Of a stretch of DNA of 64,000 nt, positions 48,241 to 64,000 are shown piece after piece. Every line of letters starts with the position of its first letter. The first letter of the stretch is position 1. The notes beneath the pieces are model-generated. The model was not told where the DNA came from. It ran no database searches and saw only the letters and a program-made list of their open reading frames with translations. A program made the position numbers and the translations under genes. Where the stretch lies: the NCBI RefSeq assembly GCF_009914755.1, contig NC_060947.1; one strand, 5' to 3'. The DNA is from the human T2T-CHM13v2.0 reference genome, Homo sapiens.

Positions 48241-49249
48241 GACTTTCAATTATGTGTTCAATTTCCCTGGAAGAGAAATGTATTTCCTGGGACAAAGTTC
48301 TGCTGAGTATAATGTATAGAGGATGGCCAACACACAGCTACCAAAACAGACACTGCCTTTATGGAGAAGGGGGTGGCAATAATGAAAATATTAAAGGCAA
48401 GATAAATACTTACCATGTTGAAGGATAATCCCAGAAGAATCCAGGTAGTATACCCTTCTTGGGGAAAAAAATTGGATTGGCTCTTTCTAAATCAAAGTAT
48501 TAGCAGCACCTCCATCCTAGGGCAGGCACTAATGTAAATGACTGGAGTACATACAAACTGAACATCAGAAATCCTTAGTTTGTCCCATCAGAAGAAGAAT
48601 CTAGTGTGACTCAGGATAAGCTCCATTCCTGATTAAAGGGACACAACATGCACAATAGCACAATAGCTAGCCATCTTGAACTGTTCTGGGACCCAATCTA
48701 GAGCCATGTTGCATATGTGTGGTTCTCAATGTAATCGCTGTTTGTGGTTTGGTTTGGCTGGCCAGCTGCCATGGTAGCACTCCTCCTCAGTGAAGAGGAG
48801 CCAGCCAAATGGCTGTCATCATATGCTTCTGGGAACAGCACATTGATGCCAGCCATTTGGGCCCCTTCAGCCCATTGATGGGGTTAATCTGCCGACAGTA
48901 AGACAGGGTAGCTCTGATGATTTATGTCACATCCCAAAAGTAGATTCCCTTCTGACTCCTATGTTCTGCTGAACAAAAAGGTTGGATGATAAATTGCCAG
49001 TGTAGCCTTTACTATGTTTAGTGAGTTAACACATCTCAACTACTGAAGCAATCCATTTGATTCATGTGCATACTGCTTAAAATAATTTTTTGCATTTCCT
49101 TAGCACTTCATACTTTCCAAAGCTGTTTTTGCTTCTATTATCTCATTAATCCCAAGAGCTGGAGATGGAATACTCTGGAATATTCTTAACCTCAGACTTC
49201 TGTTGAGCCCAAGTGAAGGAGAAATGGTGTTCAGGGCTTGTCCTAGAGT

Positions 49250-49425
49250 AGTGGTTCTCAACCTTGGTCACACATTAGACTCCCCTGGGAAGGTTTGAAA
49301 AATCCTCATGCCCAGGTCTGACCCCACACCAATTGCATCAGAATTCCTAGGGCTGGGGTCCAAGCATTGAGAGTTTTTGAAACTCCACAGGTGATTACAA
49401 TGTATAGACAGATGTGAGAACCACT
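49250..49425. mobile_element. MER5A hAT DNA transposon
   Basis: Terminal inverted repeats agtggttctca...tgagaaccact with a MER5A-type body. Confidence 0.85.
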
Positions 49426-49699
49426 AAGAAGATAAATTCAATCTGAGGCATGAGAGTTCCCGGTAACAGGAATGCGTTCAAGTGGCAATGTCACAGTGGT
49501 ATTAGAGACACGGGCTGTATCATTCTCCATGAGGGTTGAAGTCCTGGAACAAAATGTGCTCATGAAAGAGTGTGTAGATAAAGAAAAGCAGGGGCCTGAA
49601 AACTAACTTTTGATATTCATAGTGTTAAGGTTTCTATCTGTGTTAACCTAGTTTTTTTTTCAAAGGCAACATGATTTCATAATGAAAAAAAAAAACATG

Positions 49700-49990
49700 A
49701 CTAATCAGAGGCCTTTGTGGAAGGAACTGTGCATATATCTAAAGGGATCAATGGGTGTAATTTATTTAGACTTTCAAAAAATCTCTAACTGACGTTCTGC
49801 AGCAAAGGTTATTATGCTTTAAGTTATGTCACCATGAACCATGGAATTAGAGGGGCCATCCTATGAAGAGGGCTTGAATGCAGGGATAAAGGGGAGTGAT
49901 AAATGCTGTTTCTGGTTTTATTAAACATTTTTGTATATAGTCTAGGTGAAAGAGTTTGCAGTGGAATCTCTAAGTTTGCAGATGATGAAT
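49700..49990 (+). mobile_element. L3/CR1 RT fragment
   Basis: taatttatttagactttcaaaaa and ctctaagtttgcagatga (YLDF.K and KFADD-like). Confidence 0.55.
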
Positions 49991-50739
49991 CATTTAGTCC
50001 AAACACCCATTCAAAGTTCTGCCACTTACTAGCTGTGTGACCCTTGAAAAGTTACTTAACCTCTCTTGTCCTGTTTCCTCAACTGTAAGATAATGGAATT
50101 GGACATGAACATCTCAGCTAGAAATTCTGTAGATTAGCTTAACTCAGCTCCCCTCTTTGTGTTGATAATGAAAACAACACATAATCAAGTTCTTTGGTTG
50201 ATTAGGGCAATGTTAGAGAGTGACAATTATGGGGTCAAGGACCAGAGAAAGCAATTGTTATACAGAATTATTCACTATACAGAGTTCATTGTAACCAGAT
50301 TGACAAAGCACTATTTCTGCCAGCCATCTGCTGGAACACAAAAATAGCTTTGTTATACAGGACCGTCCTTTATAATTGGATTTAACCTGTATGACAGATT
50401 TCTTCAACAATAAATTTATAAATCCTTGTATAGCATTTTAGACCTGAGGTTCATAAAATTTTGGAGTAAGAGGTCACCTAGTCCATACCTATATTTGGCA
50501 GGAGGAGAGAGAAATGCAGACAGGTGAAGTGATTCGCCCAAGGTCAGACAGCAAATAAGTCATAGAGCTGTATCTCTGGACAACTACTCCGGTTTTCTTC
50601 TCCCTACACTCAGTTCTCAAAGCAGTCAGGAATATAGCCATTTGAGTCCCAGGCCAGACCTATTTTGAAGCTGTTTGGTTAGCCCTGCCAGGTAGGTATG
50701 TGGCTTGATAATGATGGTGATAGAAAATGAATGTGATGA

Positions 50740-50985
50740 TGATAGCTGCTATTTATTGAGTGCCTATATGTGCTAGGCCTTGTGTTAAGTACTGTAAATT
50801 ATCTAATTCAATCCTCCTGACATCCCTTTTGAGGTAGATATTATTGTCCCAATTTTCATAAATGAAAAAACTGATTGAGAGGTGAAGTAACTTGCCCAAG
50901 GTTACATAGCTATTGAATATTATTATAGAACTAGAATTCAAACCCAGTTCTGAAAAGTTAACAAAGTTCATGCTGTTTCCACAAC
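50740..50985 (-). mobile_element. MIR SINE
   Basis: atttattgagtgcctatatgtgctaggc...gagaggtgaagtaacttgcccaaggttacatagcta. Confidence 0.85.
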
Positions 50986-50987
50986 CC

Positions 50988-51288
50988 CAGTATTTCCCAA
51001 ACAGTACAATACAGAACATTAAGTCAACAAGAGATAGGTATTTCTTTAAAAAGCTTCTATAACCAAATAAGTTTGGGAAATGTTGCATTTCATATCCCCT
51101 TTTTGAAGAGTCACATTTCTAAGTAGTATATTAAAGGATATGAGAAATCTTCAATGAAGAAATCTGTTTTTCCTTAACCATGTGTTTCCCAGACTCTTTT
51201 TTGACCAAGGAGCCCCATTTCCAATAACATCCGTTGATGTCACACAGGACCCTGGTGCTCTCTAGAACACAGTGTGAAAAACACTGCA
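50988..51288. mobile_element. Old hAT-type MER DNA transposon
   Basis: TIR-like cagtatttcccaaac...gtgtgaaaaacactg; family not determined. Confidence 0.5.
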
Positions 51289-52172
51289 TGATCTCCCATT
51301 CATCTTTCTGATTATCTTCAGAGATTGTTACCCTTAGGCCTGGCTTTCTCCATCCTAACCACTAAAGTGACCAAAGACTAAGTGTTGCAGAATACTTATT
51401 TAGCAAAGAAACACGCTTATGACTTTGGGAACATATTTGGTACCTATACCTCATGAAACTTTGAGGGACCATTATGCTTCTGAAATGTCAGTAGTTGGTA
51501 GGACTCTTTTAGTACTGTCTTAACCACAGTAATATTTTTTAGTCTTTTCCAAACTAAGCCAGAACTGAGCCAGAGAAGTTTCACAGCTGATCATAACTTA
51601 AGTTTGTGGAGCCTGAAGCCCCAGAGATGGGCCCCTGCTGCAAGGGCTAGAGAGGAAATCCTTGGATGAGGAATGTAAGCCATCTCGCCTAAGAAATACT
51701 TGAGATTGGGATGGGATGGGGCGGGATGAAAATCAACTTGCAAACCCCTACCTTTTCTTGCCTTTTTGTCACGCTTTACAGCAGATGCTGAAACTGTAAT
51801 CTGGGTTCTGAACATGGGCATTCCATGTGGTTCTCATTCAAAATTCTCACTCTTCTTTGAAGCTAATGGCTTCTATCTTCTTCATATATATTGAGCTTGC
51901 CACGCATATTTGCACATTTCCTCTGTTTACAATTCTAATAGTGTGAGATAGAAGATAAACTCTTAAGATGCCAAGATTTGAAGATACAAACTGTATTGAA
52001 GAATGGTTTTCTTTTTCTTGAATAAAATGTCCATTCCTGTACCTCCCTGGTTGCTAGCCATTGCCTTCTCTTTATTCCTTTACTAACTGGTACTGAATAA
52101 ATGTTGACAATGTCCAGTTCTCTGGTATTGTTCTCAACATAAAGGGAGAAAAGCATGAAAGCTAGAAGCCTG

Positions 52173-52481
<309 letters not shown>

Positions 52482-52739
52482 CTACTACCTGTATAACCAG
52501 AGAACAAATAAAATTAAATTAAAATTTATGAATACCTACTCTATGCACATGACTTTCATTTATTTAGGCCATAAAATAACTATAAATTGATAGAATTATG
52601 CCCATTTTACAAATGGACAGTTTTTTGAAACTATTATCGTTAATACTTTAAGCTTAGCATGACTGTGATTCAATGGAAGGTACAATGAGCTTGGAGTCAG
52701 AATCTCGGTTTACTTCCCAGGTTTACCACTTTCTTCGTC

Positions 52740-53120
52740 ATTCGTTTGTTCATTCAACAAACATTTTTATTGAACAGCTACTATAAAAGAAATGCTTTAG
52801 GAGCTGGAGATACAGAGATGAGTAATTCACAGCCCTTGCCCTCAAGGAGTTAACAATGTATTAAGTAGAACGATCACATATCAGAAAATTATAATTTGAT
52901 AAATGCAACAGTGTGTTAATGGAACACAGAGGAATTAGTGTCTGACTTTTAAAGTTTTAAAGGATGTGTAGGTATTGAGGGAAAGTGGGACTGGAGAAGG
53001 GCACTTCAAGCAGAGGGAATGGCATGAAGAAAGGTACAGAGGCAAGAGGTATGTGAAAGGTGTGGTGGATGTAGAGCCAGGGCTTGGAGATTCATGTTGA
53101 ACTACATGCCATGCAGTGTT
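52740..53120 (-). mobile_element. L2 3' fragment
   Basis: ttcattcaacaaacatttttattgaacagctactat...cttgccctcaaggagttaaca. Confidence 0.8.
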
Positions 53121-54640
53121 GCTTTTAAACTAGTGGATGTTTTATAAATTTATTTTTATAATTACAGACTATTTTTAGAACAGTTTTTGTATACAGGAAT
53201 ATTGAACAGAAACAGAGAGTTCCTGTATACAAAGAGTTCCTCTTCCCACCCTTGGCAACCACTGATCTTTTTACTATCTCTGTAGTTTTTCCTTTTCCAG
53301 ACTGCCATATGGTTGGAATTATACAGTATGTAGCATTTTCAAACTGACTTCTTTCACTTAGCAATATGCATTTAAGGTTCCTCTGTGTCTTTTTCTGGAT
53401 TGATAGCTTATTTATTTTTATTGCTGAATAATATTCCATTATATGGATGTCCACAGTTTATTTAACCATTTACCTATGAAATGACATCTTAGTTGCTTCC
53501 AATTTGAGGCAATGATGAATAAAGCTGCTATAAACATTGGTATGAAGGTTTTTGTGTGGACATAAGTTTTCAGCACATTTGGGTAAATAAACACCTAGGA
53601 GCACAATTTATGGGTCATATGGTAAGACTATGTTTAGCTTTGTAAGAAACTGCCAACCTGACTTCCAAAGTGGCTGTAACATTTTGCATTCCCACCAGCA
53701 ATAAGTGAGAGTTCTTTTTGTTCCATATTCTCTCAAGCATTTAATGTTGTCAGTATTTTGAATTTTAGCCCTTCTAAGAGATGTTTGGTGCTATCTCATT
53801 GTTTTAAGTTGCAATTCCCTGATGACAATGGTGTTGAGCATATTTTTCTATGCTTATTTGCCATCTGTATATCTTCTTTGTTGAGGTGTCTATGCAAGTC
53901 TTTTGCCCATTTCTTAATTGGATCATTTTTTTCTGATTTTTGAGTTTTCTGTTCAGATCTTTGCCCATTTCTTAATTGGGTTAACTGTTTTCTTATTGTT
54001 ATAAGAGTTCTTTATGTATTTTGGATAAGTCCTTTATCAGATACATGTTTTACAAATATTTTCTCCCAGTCTGTGGCTTGTCTCTTGATTCACTTCACAG
54101 TATCTTTCTCAGAAATTTTTAATTTTAATGAAGTTCAACTTATCAGTTTTTTTTCTTTCACAGATTGTGCTTTTGGTGTTCTATCTAAAAATTTATTGCC
54201 AAGCCCAAGGTCATCTAGATTTCTCCTATGTTATCTTATAAGAGTTTTATGGTTTTGTGCTTTGCATTTGGATCTATGATCCATTTTGAGTTAATTTTTG
54301 TCAAAGTTGTCTAGATTTTTTTGTATAAATGTCCAGTTATCCCAGCACCATTTGTTGAAAAAAAAACTATCCCTTCTCCATTAGGTTGCCTTTGCTCCTT
54401 TGTCAAAAATTTATTGACTGTATTTGTGTGGGTCTATTTCTGTTCCATTAATTTGTGGTATTTCACAAATACCACTGTCTTGATTACTGTAGCTTTATAG
54501 TAAGTATTGAATCAAGTAGTGTCATTCTTCAACTTTGTTGTTATTCTTCAATATTGTGTTGGCTGTTCTGAGTCTTTTGCCTTTCCATATAAACTTTAGA
54601 ATCAGTTTGTTGATACCCACAAGGCAACTTGCTGAGATCT

Positions 54641-55008
54641 TGATATTGTTTGGCTGTGTCCCCACCTAAATCTCATCTTGAATTGTGGTTCCCATAATCC
54701 GTACATGTTGTGGAGGGGCCTGGTGGGAAGTAATTGAATCATAAAGGCAGTTACTCCCATGCTGTTCTGGTGATGCTGAGTGAGTTCTAGTGAGATCTGA
54801 TGGTTTTATGAGGGGCTTTTTCCCCTTTGCTCGGCACTCCTTTCGCCTGCCTCCATGTAAGACATGCCTGTTTTGCCTTCTGCTATGATGGTAAGTTTCC
54901 TGAGGCCTCCCCAACCATGTGGAACTGTGGGTCAATTAAACCTCTTTTCTTTATAAATTACCCAGTCTTGGGTATGTCTTCATAGCAGCATGAAAATGGA
55001 CTAATGCA
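54641..55008 (+). mobile_element. THE1 solo LTR
   Basis: tgatattgtttggctgtgtccccacc...ctaatgca. TSD GATCT at 54636-54640 and 55009-55013. Confidence 0.93.
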
Positions 55009-56049
55009 GATCTTAATTGGGATTGCTATAGACAAAGTTGGGAAAAAGTGACATCTTAACAATATTGAGTCTTCCTATCCACGAACATTGATCATGGATA
55101 GGAAGACACAACATTATTAAGATGTCCATTGATTTAGATCTTTATTTTCTTTCATTGAAGTTTTGTATTTTTCCTCATATAGATATTCATATTTTGTTAG
55201 ATTTATACCTAAGTATTTCTCTATATATTATGTTAATATAAATAGTGTTTGTTTTTAATTTCTAAATTCCAGTTGGTCACTGCTGGTATGTAGGAAAGCA
55301 ATTGATTTTTATATATTAGGTGTGTATCCTGCAACCTTATTATAATTGCTACTTAGTTCTAGAAGATTTTTGTTGATTCCTTGGGATTTTCACATAGACA
55401 ATCATGTAATCTGTGAACAAAGACAGTTTTGTCTCTTACTTCTCAATCTTTATGCCTCTTATTTCCTGTTCTTGCCTATTGCATCAGCTAGCATTTCCAG
55501 TATTATGTTCAGTAGGAGTGGTGAATGGGAACATCCTTGCCTTGTTCCCAATCTTAAAGGGAAAGCATCTAGTTCCTCACCATTAAATTAGCTGTATGGT
55601 ATATGGATGTCCAATATTCCAGGATCATAAATATTCTGAATGTTATAGATGTTCTCTATCAAATTGTGGAAGTGCCCTTTGATTCATAATTGGCTGAGAG
55701 TTTTTATCATGAAGTGATGTTGCATTTTGTCAAAAATCCTTTTTTGGATCTATTGACATGATCATATGATTCTTCTTTAACCTTTTGATGAGTAATGGGA
55801 TTCAATTGATTTTTGAATGGTTAACCAGCCTTGCATACCAGGAATAAATCCCATTTGGTTGTGGTATATAATTATTTTAATACATTGTTGGCTTTGATTA
55901 GCTAATATTTTATTGAGGATTTTTGCATCTATATTCAAGAGATAGCAGTGGTAGTTTTCCTTTCTTGTAGTGCCTCTGTCTGTTTGGTATATCAGGGTAA
56001 TGCTGACCTCATAGAATGAGGTAGGAAGTGTTCCCCCTGCTTCTATTTC

Positions 56050-56168
56050 CTTTTTTATATAATTTCAACTTTTATTTTAGATTTGGGGGTACATGTGCAG
56101 GTTTGCTATATGGGTATATTGCACAGTGCTGATGTTTGGAGTATAGATGATCTCATCACCCAGGTAGT
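56050..56168 (-). mobile_element. Short L1PA/L1PB 3' end fragment
   Basis: ttcaacttttattttagatttgggggtacatgtgcaggtttg...catcacccaggtagtg. Confidence 0.8.
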
Positions 56169-56767
56169 GCCTCTGATTTTAGTTTTTGAAACAGACTGTA
56201 GGGAATTAGTATGATTTCATCTTTCAATATTTGATTAAATTCACCAGTGAAACCACTGGGGCCTGGTGCTTTCCCTTTTGGAAGGTTACGAATTGTCAAT
56301 TCAATTTTTTTATTACATATAGGCCTACACAGATTACCTGTTTCTCCTTGTGTGAGTTATGGTAGATTGTGTCTTTTAAGGAATTAGCCCATTTTACCTA
56401 AGTGATCAAATTTGTGGGCATAGAGTTATTCATAATATTCTTTTATTGTTCTTTTAATGTCCATGGGATCAATAGTGATGGCAGCCCCTCTGTCATTTCT
56501 GATATTAGTAAAATTTGTGTCTTCTCACTCTTTCTTGGTAGGAGTTTGTCAATTTTTTTGATCTGGGAACCAGCTTTCAATTTCATTGATTTTCTCTATT
56601 GCTTTCCTGTTTTTACTTTCATTTATTTTTGCTCTCATTTTTATTACTTCCTTTCTTCTGCTTACTTTACATTTAATTTGTTCTTTGCTTCTAGTTTCTT
56701 AAGGTAGAAGCTTAGATATTGATTTTATATCTTTCTCCTATTCTAATATATGTATCCAATACTATAA

Positions 56768-57307
<540 letters not shown>

Positions 57308-57999
57308 TAGTGTAATTCCATTGTGATATAAGAGCATACTTTGTATGATATCTCTTTTTAATTTTTAAGGTGTGTTTTATGGCACAGAATATGGTCTGCC
57401 TTGTTCAGTGTTCCATGTGAATCTGAGAAGAATGTGTATCCTACTATTGTTAGATGAAGTATTCTATAAACGTCAGTTAGATCTAGTTGATTGATGGTAC
57501 TATTCAGCTCAACTATATTGTCACTGATTTTCTGCCTGCTAGATCTGGCAATTACTGAGGACATATTGAAGTCTCCAACTAATAGTAGATTCCTCTATTT
57601 CTCCTTGCAGTTATTTTGCCTTATGTATTTTGATGTTCTGTTGTCAGGCACGCATACATTAAAGATTGTTATGTTTTCCTGGAGTACTGACTCTTTTTTA
57701 TCATAATGTAATACCCATCTTTTTCCCTAATCATTTTCCTTGCTCTGAAGTCGGCTTTGTCTGAAATTAATACAGCTATCCCAGCCTTCTTTTGATTAGG
57801 AGTTAGCATGATATATCTTTCTCCATCCCTATACTTTAATCTACCTGTGTCTTTATATTTAAAGTGGATTTTTTTATAGACAACATATAGTTGGGTCTTG
57901 TTTCTTCATTCACTCTGGCAGTCTTTATCTTTTAACTGGTGTGTTCAGAGCATTCACATTTAAATTGATTATTGATATAGCTGGATTAATATCTATCAT

Positions 58000-58361
58000 T
58001 GTATTAGTCTGTTTTCACACTGCTGATAAAGACATACCCGAGACTGGGTAATTTATAAAGAAAAAAGGTTTAATGGACCTACAGTTCCACATGGCTAAGG
58101 AGGCCTCATGATCATGGTGGAAGGCAAACGGCACGTGTTACATGATGTCAAACAAGAGAGAATGAGAGCCAAGCAAAAAGGGGTTTCTCCTTATAAAACC
58201 ATCAGATCTCGTGAGACTTATTCACTACCACGAGAACAGTGTGGAGGAAACTGCCTCCATGACTCAGTTATCTCTACCGGGTCCCTCCCACAACATGTGG
58301 GAATTATGGGAGCTACAATTCAAGATGAGATTTGGATTGGGGACGCAGCCAAACTATATCA
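58000..58361 (-). mobile_element. THE1 solo LTR
   Basis: tgtattagtctgttttcacactgctgataaagacatacccgagactggg...aaactatatca. TSD atcat/accat. Confidence 0.93.
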
Positions 58362-58622
58362 ACCATATTTGTAATTATTTTCTATTCGTTGCCATTTTTC
58401 TTTGTTTCTTTTTTTTGGCTTCCACTTTTTCTGCCTTCCCTGATTTTAATTAAGCATTTTATATGATTCCATTTTCTCTTCTCTCAGCATGTCAATTACA
58501 CTTTGTTTAAAGAAAAGTTTAGTGGTTACCCTACAGTTTGATACATACATTTGCAACTAATCCAAGTCCATTTTGAAATAACACTATACTACTTCTCCCA
58601 ATCCTTCCCTTTCATCCCTTAA

Positions 58623-58928
<306 letters not shown>

Positions 58929-60019
58929 TAGTAAATCTATTAAGAACAAGTAAAATGTTTTATTTTACCGTCATTTATTTGTTATCTAATGTGCTTTCCT
59001 TCTTTATGTAGATCTAAGTTTCTGACCTATGTCATTTGCCCTCACCGAAGAACTTCTGTTAACATTTCTTGCAAGGCCGATCTACTAGCAACAAGCTCCT
59101 TCTTTTTTGTTTGTCTGAGGAAGTCTTTATTTCTCCTTCATTTTGAAGGACGGTTTCACTGGATACAAAATTCTAGCTTGCTATTTTGTATGATTGATCC
59201 TCATCGGAACCCTGGGCTTTGAGTAGAGACAGAGTATGTAGTGTCCCCTAATTTAGCAGTTGAAGAACCAGAAGAAAAGTCACTTGCCCTATGGTCATTT
59301 TGTGGTTGAGTAAGCACTAGAATCTGGCTAGACCTGCTGCTGCTGGCCTCCATGGCCCTGATTCCATCACAAGATCCCCTTTTCTTATTGTCAGATAGGC
59401 AAACTACCTGCCCATATTGATCAAAATTTGTCCAATCCCAATTTTACTCCTATCAAAGCAGTCCCCCGTACTGCATAGCTATATGTCCCCCTCTGATGCA
59501 GGTGGGTTTTGTCGAAAGAAAACATATGGTTACAAATAGGGGGAATTGGAATGATATAAAAATGTAGCTTATTACACTAGAAATAGATATGTAATAGTGA
59601 TAGTGCTCTGAATAGGTATGAATAAGGTTCTGAAGCATATAGAGAAAACAAATAGATGTATCTAAAAGATTATAGAACTCATCAGGGATTACTGCTTTTG
59701 CTCTGAGTCAAGATGCTCGCGTCTAGTATGGGACAGCTCTAGCTCCCTGACATTTTCTCTCTAGAAGCTGCAACTACAGTAGCCTCAAGTGAAAGCAGTG
59801 AACATGGTAGAGACAGAGCCAAATCTTAAAGGTCCGTGTTGAAAATAATAAGAATTACTTACTGGTCATGGTGAGCTATCTTAGAACAAGAAGAAACTCC
59901 TATACTGCTGAAATGATGTACTTATTAGCACTTGTGGGAAATGTGATACTGTCTAATGACAATCTTGTGAATACTTTTACATCTTTGTTTTTTCCCAAGG
60001 GATATGCCAAATGTTCACT

Positions 60020-64000
<3,981 letters not shown>

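Overview
Human or hominid X-chromosomal DNA lying inside the EDA (ectodysplasin A) gene, which is transcribed on the + strand. The only host coding sequence I can support is a 106-bp exon at 4384-4489 ([36 protein letters not shown]), which carries the furin cleavage site. The rest is intron, dominated by Alu, L1, L2, L3, MIR, MaLR-LTR and DNA-transposon fossils. The most notable structure is a young, 5'-truncated and 5'-inverted (twin-primed) L1 at 29996-34684. It has a 16-bp TSD, a 22-bp inverted duplication at the breakpoints, and all 1275 ORF2 codons present stop-free but split across the two strands. Other observations: inverted Alus tightly flanking the exon, a 61-bp inverted templated insertion, a fold-back inversion, a solo-poly(A) scar, a GATA-palindrome minisatellite, a complete THE1 element, and a pre-miRNA-sized hairpin in apparently unique sequence at about 48.8 kb. 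I see no convincing new multi-gene system. Repeat subfamily names and boundaries of old elements are by-eye estimates.
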